The notes beneath the pieces are model-generated. The model was not told the origin of the DNA and made no database searches. It saw only the letters and a list, made by a program, of their open reading frames with translations. 64,000 nt of DNA from Squalus acanthias (taxonomy: Eukaryota). A program made the position numbers and the translations under genes. Shown piece by piece: positions 21,965 to 34,620 of this stretch. The stretch lies in NCBI GenBank assembly GCA_030390025.1, contig CM059432.1, positions 131,442,001 through 131,506,000 on the forward strand, given 5' to 3'. Position 1 is the first letter of the stretch. Each line of letters opens with the position of its first letter.

Positions 21965-22095
21965 GTCTCTTGCTCTCTTTCTTTCTCTTTCTCGCTCTCT
22001 GTCTCTTTCTCTCTCTCTGTCTCTCTCTCTTTCTCTCTCCCTTTCTCTTTCTTTTTCTCTCTCTCTTTCTTTCTTTTTTTCTTTCCTTCTCTTCT
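21360..22095. repeat. CT-rich compound microsatellite
   Basis: Nearly pure pyrimidine strand with recurring TCTGTCTCTT and TTCTCGCTC variants. Confidence 0.97.
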
Positions 22096-23824
22096 AATCT
22101 CAACTGTGCTGTCAGTGGGAGGCAATGCGCACATTCAAGGCTGTTCCTCACATTAAGGAAAAGTCAAAGTAGCTGCTCTGGCATTTTTAAGAAAAAGAAC
22201 AGGACAGCTGCATGTTCTCTAGACCAGTAGTAGGTGCATGACATCGGAGGACCTAACGAGGGAAAGAAAAGTAGACTAAAAATAGGAATAGTAATTTAAA
22301 AAAAATCTTGCAACAGTTTCTCAGTACAAATAATATCCATAAGCTGAAAGTTAGTGCAGAAAGACAACCAAAAACAAACATCAGTCAGGATAGACATATA
22401 ACAGCAATATGTCGGGGAAATCTCTTATCTGATAGGGTGAATCATATCGTATGATCCCAAAACCTTTCATTTTAAAACAATTAAATTAAAGGTAGTTTCA
22501 ATATAAACCTTCTATACAGTAGTGCATCACAATGAATGCAACTGTAAACCATTGACACAGTTCTTGTAATTTTAAACAGCAAGTTTCAGTTTCAGTGGCC
22601 AATTTGGATGCAAGACGTTGTTCACTATAAACTCCCCATCTATTTAGACAACTCATCCTCGCACACCAGTTATTTTCACAAATGGTGCAAGAGGTTAAAT
22701 AGCAGATAGTTAGAAATAAATTGTTTATATAAATGAGATCCAGTGTTGGCTCTGAGCCAGTATCTGCTCTGACGGTTGTGTAACTCATGCACGTATTAAC
22801 CTCAAGCTGGCAAGCATCCATGGAGGCGAAATTGGTCTTCACCAATAGCGCGAAACTGACGATAGAGAATTGGCAGCCCGTTTTACACCGTGACCACGCC
22901 AGAATTTTTTTTCCATTGACTTCAATAAAAAAGAAAATCTGGCACAGAGATGCCCTCTTTGGTGAAGTGCACTCTTCCAATGCAGGGATCCACAGCGAGG
23001 TGCTCATATAACTTGTGCTGTCTGTATATTCTATGGGCGGGAAGGGTAATAACTGGTGAGTTGCATCCTCCTTATACGGTGCCTGACTCTCCTTAGCTCC
23101 ATCCTGTGCTCCTCCTCCATGATAATGTCATACAGTGTCATAGGCCCATAGGAAAAGCCATACCTGCTCCTGAGGTGCACTGACTTTGGGTGAATGGAGT
23201 GGTCCAAAAATATTTCAGTGGGCTGAACCTGTAAAACCTAGTCAGAAGCAAGTGCAGGTATTTGTAGAGATAAATCCCCCCCCCCCCAAAAATAGGTTCA
23301 AAAAATGTTTCCAAGCTGCAGAAATCAGTATTTAAACTCTCCAGACTCTTCAAACTCACAAACTCATCACTTCTGCTTTGATCAGATGACCCTGGCACCT
23401 GCTGCACCTCATGTGCCTCAGTCTAATACTCAGAGTGCATTAGCAGTGAAAACCCAGGGAACTCGCAACACACCACCACTGGTTCTCACTCCAACAAACG
23501 CTAATGAGGCTTATGGGGACTTGGCAGGGGGACAGACCTAGGGGGCGATTTTCTCACTGGAGGCGAGATGGAGGAGGGTTTCAGTTTGGGTAGGCTTGAA
23601 ACACGCCTCCACTGATAGTTTTCAAAAATTTGCGATTTTCCCCTGATTGGCCACTTGATTTCAGAGGTGTGGGATGCCCTTGGTCAATTAGTGTTTTGGG
23701 ACTGAAACTTACCTGCGCTGACATCACTTTTCCAGTCTGATTTTATGGTTTCTTGCTGCCTTGGCTCATTCCACAGCATTTCTGCCTATGCTGCACCACC
23801 AGCAACATATTTTGAGAAACCACT

Positions 23825-24000
23825 ATGTCAATTCCAAGCCTAGGGCCTCTCCGAGGCTCTCGGATGAGGCGATGCAAATGTTGTTTGGGGGGTGACAGCT
23901 AGCAGGGAGGTGCTCTTCCACTCATCTGGGAGGAAGAGGCCTCCCAAAGAAACCAATGCTGTGTGGGTACAGCTGGCAAGGGATATAACCTCCAGATCGG
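23825..24000 (+). pseudogene. Harbinger Myb/SANT gene, 5' remnant
   Basis: RASPRLSDEAMQML...REVLFHSSGRKRPPKETNAVWVQLA, frameshifted and truncated. Confidence 0.7.
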
Positions 24001-24249
24001 TGTGCAGATTGGGAGAATGTTTCTGTGTATTGATGAAATGCCATCCCTGTTGTAAAACATTAAAATGATTTTAAGCCAAAATGTTGGTGTTATGGCATCT
24101 GTTCTTTCGCCTTAGGCAGCTCCACATTGCGGGCTCCGCCACACTTGCGTTGTCAGGTTGTTGGCCTGAGTGAAAGGAGGCCCGAGAGTCATGTCCATTG
24201 TCAATGATGTCCTAGGATGGAGCCAAGGACATGTGCCAACTTGGGCAAA

Positions 24250-25624
24250 CTATGCAAATCTGGCCATGATAAGTTCATCCCTTGCATCCCGGGCAGCCAT
24301 GTGCTCGTGTGCTGCTGCTGCCGCTGGTCGATACACCGGCACTCTGACCTCTTCCTGCTCCTCCTCCTCCTCCTGCTCCTCCTCCTCCAGATCCTCCTCC
24401 TCCTCCTCAGCCTCCTCCTCCAGATCCTCCTCCTCCTCCTCAGCCTCCTCCTCCAGATCCTCCTCCTCATCCTCATCTGATGAGGGCTGGAACTGAACCA
24501 CTTGCTCATCAGGAAGCTGCAAGCCACGACGCTGTACGGTGTTGTGCAGTGTACAGCAGACCACGGCCAATCTGGAGACCCTGTATGGTGTATACTGCAG
24601 GGCTCCACCTGATCGGTCAAGGCATCGGAAGCGTATCTTCAACAACCCAATGGTCTGCTCTATGATGGATCTGGTCAAAGTGTGGTTGGCATTGTAGCGC
24701 TCTTCAGCCTTGTTAGCTGGCCTCCTGATTGGCGTCATTAGCCACTTCTTCAGGGGGTGGCCTTTGTCACCAAGGAGCCATCCGTTAAGTTGGTTTGGTG
24801 GATTGAAAAGCGGAAGAACACTAGAGTGCCGCAGGATGAAAGAGTCATGGCAGCTACCGCAGAACTTGGCGCAAACATGCAAGAACTCCGTCTTGTGGTT
24901 ACACACCAGCTGTACATTGAGGGAGTGGAAGCCCTTTCGGTTAACAAAGATGGCTGGGTTGTGATGGGGTGCCCTAAGGGCCACATGTGTGCAGTCTATG
25001 ACGCCCTGCACCATTGGCATGCTTGCCATATTTGTAAAGCCAACCGAACGCGCGGTTATACTTGCTTGATCCCTTGAGAACTGGATGTAATTGTGGGCCT
25101 TAGCAAAAAGGGCATTGGTAACCTGTGTGATGCAACTGTGGGCGGCTGACTGGGAGATGCTGCTGATGTCTGCTGATGATCTCTGGAAGGAGCCTGAGGC
25201 AAAGAAGTTGAGTGTGGTGGTGACTTTGACAGCCACTGGTAAGGGGTGTCCAGCCATTCCTCTGGGCACCAGGTCTTGCTGCAGCAGGCCGCAGATCTCT
25301 CGGACAACCTCTCGCGAAAGCCTCAGCCTCCTTTGGCACTGCTGCTCACTCATGTTGAGGTAGCTCATCCTTTGTCTGTAACCGCTCTGTCGGGGGCTAT
25401 CTCCTGCGGCGAGATGCCTCGATGCACTGGCGCCTTCTGCCCTGTGCAGCATCAGGTGGCTGAGCAGGAGGTTGGGGCACCTGCTGATGTTGCTGCTGAG
25501 CTGCCTGAGCAGGAGGTTGGGGCTCCTGCTGCTGATGCTCCTGAGCTGCCTGGTTCTGCTGCTGCCGTGGATGCTCCTCATCCTCATCTGAGGTCCATGC
25601 AGAAAGAAAACGAATAGTTCCCAT
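24250..25624 (-). pseudogene. Harbinger (HARBI1-like) DDE transposase, probably with one frameshift near the N-terminus
   Basis: [39 protein letters not shown] and [18 protein letters not shown]. The likely ATG at 25624 is out of frame, with TAG at 25397-25399. Confidence 0.9.
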
Positions 25625-26957
25625 GCTCCTTTGGGGAAGCGCTCATTGCAAGCGGGGAGAGGGTCTTCCAAGGAGGTCCCACAGTTGATAGATTCAAGCT
25701 GCAGCACCTCCGACTTCGGAAGGTCTTCTAAAGGTGCTCAGAGACCTTTTAAAGCAAAGGTCTGGCACCTGCAAGTAACCCTTGATGCAATAAACGATGT
25801 CTTGTTGGACCTGCAGCTGTGAGGAGACCACCCATGAGTCAACCCGCCAGGTTTACCTGGCGTGGTTCAGGAGGTGCGTGGAGCACGCCGAAATGCTTGA
25901 AAAATCATGAGGGCCTCTCAAAATAGGCTTAGAGAGGCCCTTAACGAGCATTTAATGATCTTAAGTAGCGCTATGGCCAGCTGGAGGCGGGACCGTTTCC
26001 CGACCTCCAAAACCGGCACCGGCAAAATCCCGCGGAGGCGGGTTGGAGGCGGGTTCCGAACCCGCCCTCATTGATTCTGATTTTCCCGCCTTTCCCACCT
26101 CCTCCTCCGACAGAAAATCGCCCCCTTGGTTCAGAAAGCGCCAGGGAACTCGGGAGAAGAATTTCAAAAGCGCAAAACAGGTGAAAACAACTTCCACTCA
26201 GTATTCCTTGCTTCGAAAATTCCCTGTGTCATTTGTGCAACACTAATGCATTGAAAATGGTGAGGAAATTCACCCCCTTTGTGTTTAAAGTGATAAACCG
26301 CTGTAATAATGAGACAATATTGCAAACTATATACTAAGCAGCTTGTGAAGAGTCTCTGAACAGATTGTTTTCACTTAAGGCAAGACAGTGTAAGTCTTCT
26401 GAGTAAGTGCCTTGGCTGCTTCATCGTGAGCTCTGGTCCAGCCAGTAAATCTGGCATCTCCCAGATCTCCCCCCCACCCCCACCCTCCGAAGTTTCATGT
26501 TCAGTAAACATGCCTTAAAAAAAAACCCTACACAGCCTCCATTACAGGATCCACTGAAGTCTCCCATAAGTTCCTGGGCATATAAGCACCAAGCAGTTAA
26601 AATTTTGAGACTGGAAAAAAAAACTGTCAGCGTTTGCTTGTATCCATTTGATCGGCATTGTTGAAAAATCAGCTGTTAGGCGTTTATGAGAGCAATATTT
26701 TGGCAGCGTTACACTGACTCACTGTGCCCTTCCCCGCTTGTCAGGGCTTTCACCGTTGATAGGTAAATATATTCCCTTCACTAAAAAAAGCCTTCATCAG
26801 CTACTTCTTGCGTTTCCTTTTTGTTAACAAGCTGGGAAAACTCTTCAATATAGCTTTGGGCAAGGGTGGTCCAATCTTACAGAATTAAATTACAATTACC
26901 TGTTTTTTGCCTTCTTGAAGTGCATTAATGGTATAATAAACTGATTGGTGACTTTAA

Positions 26958-27429
26958 GGAAAGAAAAGAAAATCTTGCATTTATATAGCATCTTTCACGA
27001 CCACCGGACGTCCCAAAGCGCTTTACAGCCAATTAAGTACTTTTTGAAGTGTAATCACTGTTGTAATGTAGGAAAAGCGGCAACCAATCTGCGCACAGTA
27101 AGCTCCCACAAACAGCAATGTGATAATGACCAGATAATCTGTTTTAGATGTTGATTGAGGGATAAATATTGGCCAGGACACCGGGAATAACTCCCTTGCT
27201 ATTCTTCAAAATAGTGCCATTGGGTCTTTTACATCCACCTGAGAGAGCAGATGGGACCTCAGTTTAACGTCTCATCTGAAAGACAGCACCTCCGACAGCC
27301 CAGCACTCCCTCAATACTGCACTGGAGTGTCAGCCTAGATTTTTGTGTTCAAGTCTCTGGGGTGGGACTTAAACCCATAACCTTCTGACTCAGAGGCGAG
27401 AGTGCTACCAACTGAGTCATGGCTGACAC
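26958..27429 (-). mobile_element. DeuSINE-like SINE
   Basis: Reverse complement of the 11006-11480 family. Confidence 0.85.
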
Positions 27430-27653
27430 TATGCAATGGCTGACAATGCAGCCTTTCATCAACAATTGTTTGGTGTTCAGGGCAGAAAGTAATTCCCATA
27501 AACAGACTTTGGCCAAGAACTTCATTGGAAATATCAGTCCTATCATTGATGTGCATCCCCTCCCTCAGTCCTTGCAATAGTGTTTGCAGTGCCTGTCCTG
27601 TAAAACTCGCTCTCCACTGTAACACTCAATTGTACAGCAGTTTCACCAAGTGA

Positions 27654-27777
27654 CGAAAGGTCATCGACCTGAAACGTTAACTCTCTTTCTCTCTCCACGG
27701 ATGCTGCCTGACCTGCTGAGTTTTTCCAGCGTTTTCTGTTGTTATTTCAGATTTCCAGCATCCGCAGTATTTTGCTA
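27654..27777 (+). mobile_element. Penelope-like element terminal fragment
   Basis: 11-bp TSD TCACCAAGTGA (27643-27653 and 27778-27788); hammerhead-like TGACGA-A-AGGTC-ATC-GACCT-GAAACGTT; matches the 3' end of 34081-34620. Confidence 0.8.
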
Positions 27778-28010
27778 TCACCAAGTGAACGTTTGGCTGT
27801 GCTTTCTCAGTGCTGTTTCAGGTCCTTAGCTGTTTCCGAATTGTAGTCTACAGTTCATTAACAGGTTTAATGTTTCTCTTTTCATTAGCTCACTGCGTGG
27901 GCCATAGAGTACCAAACATTTTCCCACGGATTGAAAAAATAATAAAATCGTAAATTTCCCCCCCAAAATCTCTTAGTAGCCCAAAGTTTATATCCAAATA
28001 GTGCACCAAT

Positions 28011-28876
28011 GGGCTGAATTTTAATGGGGCGGGCAGTCTCCGAGGCAGTCGGGAATTTACAATTTTATTATTTTTTCAACCCGGTACAATGGGTTTCCCA
28101 CAGGTGCTGCCTAATTTAACGGCAGGGCCTAGTTTGAATGCGAAGCCTCTGTTTCCCACCCTCAGCCAGCCAGATCGAGAGGCTGGCTGGTTCCAGGCGG
28201 TAAGGCCTGCAGCACTAGGCTGCACAGAGGGGGGAGGGAGGGATCATGCGGCGGCTGGGGGCAGGCTGGAGGAGCGGGGACGGTTGTCTGAAAAGATCGA
28301 GACTGTGGACCGGGACCAGCATGGGGGTGGGGGTCCACAACATCGCTGGCTGGCCGGAGGAATGGGTGGGGTTCCAGACCATCATGGGCCGGCCCGAGGA
28401 GCTGGGGCGGGGGGGGGGGGGGGGTGTTGTCCAGACCATCGCAATTGCGGGACGGCCGGGACCAGCATGGGAAGTAGGATTCAGGTTCGGATTGGGGGGC
28501 GGAGCAGCATGGTGGTGAGGTCGAAGCGGGGGGTGCCGCAGGAGCTGGAGGGTGTAGGCCTGGGAGGAAGGCCAGTGGGGGGATATCAGAGGCCCGGGGA
28601 GGAAGGCTTGCGAGGGGTATTGGAGGCCTGGGGGGGGGGGGGGCGGGGGGGGGGTTGGCCAGGGGGGGGAGGGGGGAGTGATTGGAGACCTCGTGGTGGG
28701 GTCTCTGATCGCGGGGGGTAGTTTAGGTGGATTGGCTGCCCGTTCCCTGTCCTACCTCCATTAAAACCGGAAGTGGGCGGGTTGGAGGCGGGTTCAGGTC
28801 GGGATTCACATTTTTAACACTTTTACTTCCCACACGCTCCCCCAACCCACCCGTGTTTTTAATTAAAATTCCCCCC
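28011..28876. mobile_element. Non-autonomous Harbinger-type MITE, same family as 2515-3467
   Basis: TIRs GGGCTGAATTTTAAT / ATTAAAATTCCCCCC and TSD AAT. Confidence 0.8.
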
Positions 28877-28901
28877 AATGGTATGGTAGTGTTGAAGACT
28901 A

Positions 28902-30410
28902 CAAAAAAAAAATTTGTTCCTGGGATGTGGGCGTCGCTGGCAAGGCCAGCATTTATTGTTCATCCCTAAGTGCCCTTGAGAAGGTGGTGGTGAGCCGCCT
29001 TCTTGAACCGCTGCAGTCCGTGTGGTAATGGTACTCCCACAGTGCTGTTAGGGAGGGAGTTCTAGGATTTTGACCCAGTGACGATGAAGGATCGGCGATA
29101 TACTTCTAAGTCAGGATGGTGTGTGACTTGGAGGGGAACTTGGAGGTGGTGGTATTTCCATGCGCCTGCTGCCCTTGTCCTTCTAGGTGGAAGAGGTCGC
29201 GGGTTTGGGAGGTGCTGCCGAAGAAGCCTTGGCGAGTTGCTGCGGTACATCTTGTAGATGGTACACACTGCAGCCACGGTACGCCGGTAGTGGAGGGAGT
29301 GAATGTTTAAGGTGGTGATGGGGTGCTAATCAAGCGGGCTGCTTTGTCCTGGATGGTGTCGAGCTTCTTGAGTGTTGTTGGAGCTGCACTCATCCAGGCA
29401 AGTGGAGAGTATTCCATCACACTCCTTACTTGTGCCTTGTAGATGGTGGAAAGGCTATGGGGAGTCAGGAGGTGAGACACTCGCCGCAGAATACCTAGCC
29501 TCTGACCTGCTCTTGTTGCCACATTATTTATGTGGCTGATCAAGTTAAGTTTCTGGTTAATGGTGACCCCTAGGATGTTGATAGTGGGGGATTCGGCGAT
29601 GGTATTGCCATTGAATGTCAAGGGGAGGTGGTTAGACTCTCGCTTGTTGGAGATAGTCATTGCCTGGCACTTCTGTGGCACAAATGTTACCTGCCACTTA
29701 TCAGCCCAAGCCTAAACGTCGTCCAGGTCTTGTTGCATGCGGGCATGGACTGCTTCATTATCTGTGGAGTTGCAAATGGCGCTGAACACTGTGCAGTCAT
29801 CAGCGAACATCCCCATTTCTGACCTTATGTTGGAGGGAAGGTCATTGATGAAGCAGCTAAAGATGGTTGGGCCTAGGACACTGCCCTGAGGAACTCCTGC
29901 AGCGATGTCCTGGGGCTGTGATGAGTGACCTTCAACCACCACAACCATCTTCCTTTGTGTTAGGTATGAGTCCAGCCAGTGGAGCGTTTTGCCCCTGATT
30001 CCCATTGACTTCAGTTTTACTAGGGCTCCTTGATGCCAGACTCAGTCAAATGCTGCCTTGATGTCAAGGGCAGTCACTCTCACCTCACCTCTGGAATTCA
30101 GCTCCTTTGTCCATGTTTGGACCAAGGCTGTAATGAGGTCGGGAGCCGAGTGGTCTTGGCGGAACCCAAACTGGGCATCAGTGAGCAGGTTATTGGTGAG
30201 TAAGTGCCGCTTGATAGCACTGTCGATGACACCTTCCATCACTTTGCTGATGATTGAGAGTAGACTGATGGGGCGGTAATTGGCCGGATTGGATTTGTCC
30301 TGCTTTTTGAGGAAAGGACATACCTTGGGCTGTTTTCCACATTGTCGGGCGGATGCCAGTGTTGTAGCTGTACTGGAACAGCTTGGCTAGAGGCGTGGCT
30401 AGTTCTGGAG
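28902..30410 (-). mobile_element. 5'-truncated non-LTR retrotransposon of a different family (CR1/L2 group, clade uncertain)
   Basis: QFGFR...ALDIKAAFD, GVPQGSVLGP, MFADD and KAQVRSVMEYSPLAW in broken ORFs; AATAAA near the 3' end. Confidence 0.85.
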
Positions 30411-30733
30411 GACAAACTGTGCTGTGGCGGCTGACAATTTGTTCTTCTTACAGTTTTTGTTTGGCCTGTCGCAGATGATAAACTTTTACTAATTTTGTCA
30501 CCACTGAGCTCTAAAACTGAAGCATTCAGCCATCATTGTAGCAAGTTGCTGAAATGAATTCCTGAGATACTGCCTCCAGGTTTTGCTGTGAGTGGATGTA
30601 AAGTGCTTGAAACCAGACAGTCAAGATTTTTGCTTCCTACATGATTGTGAGAGGAAGAAACAAAACTCAACTATGTGTAAGCATCAGCGCAGGCCCCAAG
30701 GATTTTTCTTTTGTATCGGACATTTTGTATGAT

Positions 30734-31727
30734 TGTTACTGCTGATTGACCAGCAGCCTGTTTGGAGAAGATGGGAGGGGCCCAGGCGTTCGTGATGGAC
30801 AGGAGATTCCAGCAAGGCCTACAAGCTGATTACGGGAGAATGTCTGAGCAGACAGAGTTCTCTGGGAAACAATGGGCCTGAGTAGGTGACTCATACGGTA
30901 ACGGGCAGAAGATGGAGGGCCATTGTAAATTAATGGGAAACCACTTAAACCAGGATCAGGTAAGAAGTGCAGCCCATCATCTGCCATTAACACTAGCACC
31001 TAGATGGGATAGCCCCGAAAGGCAGGAAACCAGACAAAGAAGGGTGATTAAAAAGACATCACTGCAATACACAGACCTTAGTGAACTTTTAGGGTATAAG
31101 AGAAGGCAGCTTTGGCCACTCTCGCTTGCTCTCGCCTTCGCGTGCCCTCATCTCTGAACCAAGAACCAAACACTCCGTCCGGGACGGAGAGAAGAAACCA
31201 CCACAAGCGACAAGAGCCTTGCCTTGCTCTTCGACTGTAGGAACGAACCTCGAAACTGGGACTTGGATACTGCATCAGCGATATGGAACCAGGAGACACG
31301 CTCTACACAGGGAAGCAGCGAGCAAGAAAACGGACAATCGGGATGAGCATTGTCCAAGCCCACGCATCCTTAAGACCACCGGTACTGTGTGAGGGGGTGT
31401 TGTGTGTCCCAACCAATCCAGAGGGGTTTAGTGGGGAGGTTCTGTGTGTATTACATAGTGTATGTTCCGGGGTTTGTGGGACAAGTCCATGTTATACTCT
31501 GTATAGCAACACAGTGTGATTTTAGGCATCTTAATACGAGACAGGGGCCTGTTCGACAGGCCAAGTTGTATTGTTGTACTGTTTGTTTTACGCCACCAGA
31601 CATTTTACATACTGGAGGCGGGTGTGTGTGTTAACCTTATTAAACACCATATGGTTGAGTCTATTTACAGAGTCTATTTAAAAAGAGTCTGTAGCAAACT
31701 GAACCCATGACCGAAACTGCAGCAACT
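30734..31727 (+). mobile_element. Probable solo LTR
   Basis: TGTTACTGC...GCAGCAACT imperfect inverted ends, TATAAG at 31095, ATTAAA at 31639. No TSD was found. Confidence 0.5.
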
Positions 31728-33703
31728 TCTCCCGATAAAAGCAGGGTGATTTCTCCATCAAAATGCAGTGAGTGGAGGATAGTTACATACAAATTCTGTG
31801 CATAAAATCAATCCCAGTCACTTACAGCAGTGCGGTCCCCAGGCATGATTGATGGGGGAATTACCCAATCATCTCCACTCTGGCCGGGAATAGTGGTGTC
31901 ACCACTGCGGTAAATTTTTGTCTTCACCGCCTGGCTGGTAAGCGGATCGCCCGTCTATTATCCATGACACAAGATGCAGTCTGCGTACTGCACTATTCAA
32001 TTAAAGCACGACATCCTCCAACTTATAATCTAGTGATTTAACAATTTGGTACAGCATTTTATTTACTTTCTTTGTTGCTGCTGCACTGTGATTAGACGTG
32101 TTAAATGCCAAATTTACTATTACCCCCAGATTCTTTTTAATCCTAGTTCTGCACTATCTATAGCCTACATAAAGGCTCATTGCTTTTACCAAACTGCAGT
32201 GTCTTGCACTTTTCTGTATTAAATCTTAGCTGCCACTGTTTCACCCACTTACATGGATGACAATTTCCAAAAGGAAATTAAATTCACTCCGTGCTTGACT
32301 CTTAATGCCCTCTCCAGCGGCCTAGCAAACCATTTAATACGCAAACAACTTGCTCATCACCTCTTCCGAGCAACCAGGGATGGACAATAAATTCAATCTT
32401 GCCAGCGTCACCAGCAAATTTTTAAAAAATGCGTCTGCTTTAGATTTAATGTCGCAATTGGTCTTATGGATATTAGAGATGAGCCTTTCAATTAAATATT
32501 ATTCAGTAACAGTGGGAGATTAATAGTGAAATATTAATCAGAAAAACTGTGAAATATATAGAGAGAGTAAGCACTTCATGTTAATAATATTCCCAAACCA
32601 TGATTATTCCCCATTAAGCTCAATAGAATAGAAAGCTTTATCCTACCTGGAAGTGTGTTATCAATAATTGGACAAAGTGCTGATTTTCCTCTTCCGCCCA
32701 CCACACTGAGGCAAGTGTGCTCTGCCTGAGCTAACCTGCACCCAGGTCCAAGTCATTAGCATAGGCCTAATGCATCCCAGGGCCAGGCCCACCCACTGGT
32801 CGAACCTTCTGCCTTGCAGTAGGCACAAAAATCCAGCCACTGCTGTAGGCCTGAGAGGTAATGGCCACCAGCTCCAGAGGCTTCTGGCAGCCAACCAAAA
32901 ACAACAGCCAGAAGGCCTACAGCTCTGATCCCCAACCTGCTGGCCTTGGTAAGAAAGTATATTTTGTCCGCTGGTATTTTCCTGCCCCTTTTCGATCCTC
33001 TGGTTGGAGAGGGGGCTAGGCACAGGGGCTAAGACCCACTTCTTCTGGGTGTCTCTCAAAATGGTTGCTTTTCTGGGGAGAAAAGTGAGTTGGGAAGGCC
33101 AGTGACACCCAGTCTCGCTTCATTTGCATGCTTTCCCTTTACTTGCATCTACCGCAGGAGCATTACATTCTGCCAGCGCTTTGGGGAGATGCTGGAAATC
33201 CTCCGACCATATAAAGGAGGTGGAGTCCCAATATTATAGGGCACTACCTGCTTTCACTCTCTTTTGTGTCTGGGAACTGAGCATTCCCCAAACACATTAT
33301 ACAGGGAAATCGGCTCAATGTTGGCTGCTACTTTTGCGTAATTTTTTATTTCACCTTCATTTCTTTTTACAAAAACTCCCTTCTAAAGCAATAGCCAGGA
33401 GGAATACTTGAGTTTGACAAGGGCTATGTAAATTAAAATATACTGTGTAGCTACCTCTATACACTCCTTAACCACACCTAGCATAATTCTTTCTACCTTT
33501 CATACTTTTCCCTGCAACTCCATCCATCTCTGCTGTATTTAGAAGTATATATAAAACGCTCTCATATTAATTCTTACATTGTCTGCCCCACTTTATGCCC
33601 TTATCACTCTCTAATCTCCTCTGCTTCACCTTTTCAACTTCTTTGTCCATTCCTGATCAAGTGCTAAACGTTTTTCTTCATCAGGTAGTCACCAATGTAT
33701 CTA

Positions 33704-33917
33704 CAACAATACAAAAAGAAAATACTGCAGATGCTGGAAATCTGAAATAAAAACAGAAAATGCTGGAGAAACTCAGCAGGTCAGGCAGCATCTGTGAAGA
33801 GAGAAACAGAGTTAACGTTTCAGGTCGATGACCTTTCTGACCTGAAACGTTAACCCTGTTTCTCTCTTCACAGATGCTGCCTGACCTGCTGAGTTTCTCC
33901 AGCATTTTCTGTTTTTA
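33704..33917. mobile_element. Penelope-like inverted mini-insertion
   Basis: 14-bp TSD CACCAATGTATCTA; 79-bp inverted arms at 33748-33826 and 33839-33917. Confidence 0.85.
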
Positions 33918-34080
33918 CACCAATGTATCTAAATGTTCTTGATGTGGCTTCTATTTGAGGATATGGTGATGGCTTTTACTCTCTTAAATAGAGCTTATTT
34001 TCATGTATTTAGAAGCATCAGGAACCAATCCCCTGTTAGTGGAAATAAAAAAAAAGAAAGACTAACATTTACAAAAGCAA

Positions 34081-34620
34081 GGGTGACCCCGAGCTTCCGG
34101 TCGCCTGTCGCTTTCATTCTCCACTCCACTCCCACTCTGACATCTCTGTCCTCGGCCTCTTATGCTGTTCCAATGAAGCTCAATGTAAGCTCAAGGAACA
34201 GCACCTCATCTTTCGATTAGGCACTTCACAGCCTTCTGGACTCAACATCGAGTTCAACAATTTCAGATCATAACCTCTGCCCCCAGTTTTTCACATGGCA
34301 GCTGTTGATGATTCTGCCATTCCCATTTACACCTCTTCTAGTCCCATCTTTTGTTTCTTTACTTGTCCCATTAGCATCTCCTTTTGCTTTGTACAATCAT
34401 ACTTTTTGTCATTTAATCTCTCCTGCCTTCCACCCTATCACAGCCCTTCCCTTTTGCTCTTTCCACCTCTTCCCCCCCCCGCCCCTTTCCCTGCTTCTGC
34501 ACTTGCTTAAAACCGGTTATATCTCTAACTTTTTCCAGTTCTGACAAAAGGTTAACTCTGTTTCTCTCTCCACAGATGCTGCCTGACCTGCTGAGTATTT
34601 CCAGTATTTTCTGTTTTTAT
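34081..34620 (+). mobile_element. Penelope-like element 3' fragment (GIY-YIG C-terminus + terminal repeat)
   Basis: DPELPVAC...SDISVLGL...KLKEQHLIFRLGTSQPSGLNIEFNNF*; inserted in a SINE tail. Confidence 0.8.

Larger units (their letters stand above)
23541..26125. mobile_element. PIF/Harbinger DNA transposon, internally deleted
   Basis: Perfect 14-bp TIRs GGGGGCGATTTTCT / AGAAAATCGCCCCC with convergent Myb remnant and transposase. TSD is not preserved (CTA vs TTG). Confidence 0.92.

Noticed and set aside
21355..22230. Long ORFs (up to 259 aa) rich in E/R/K or L/S/F
   Set aside because: Artefacts of the CT microsatellite.
24250..25707. Host HARBI1 gene, or a 485-aa intact protein
   Set aside because: It lies between TIRs with a Myb partner remnant. 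The ORF-track start is a non-ATG codon and its first ~105 aa are probably the wrong frame.
28089..28721. Gly-rich 210-aa ORF (and Pro/Gly-rich ORFs at 2487-3198)
   Set aside because: Products of G-rich MITE cores and not conserved between the two copies.
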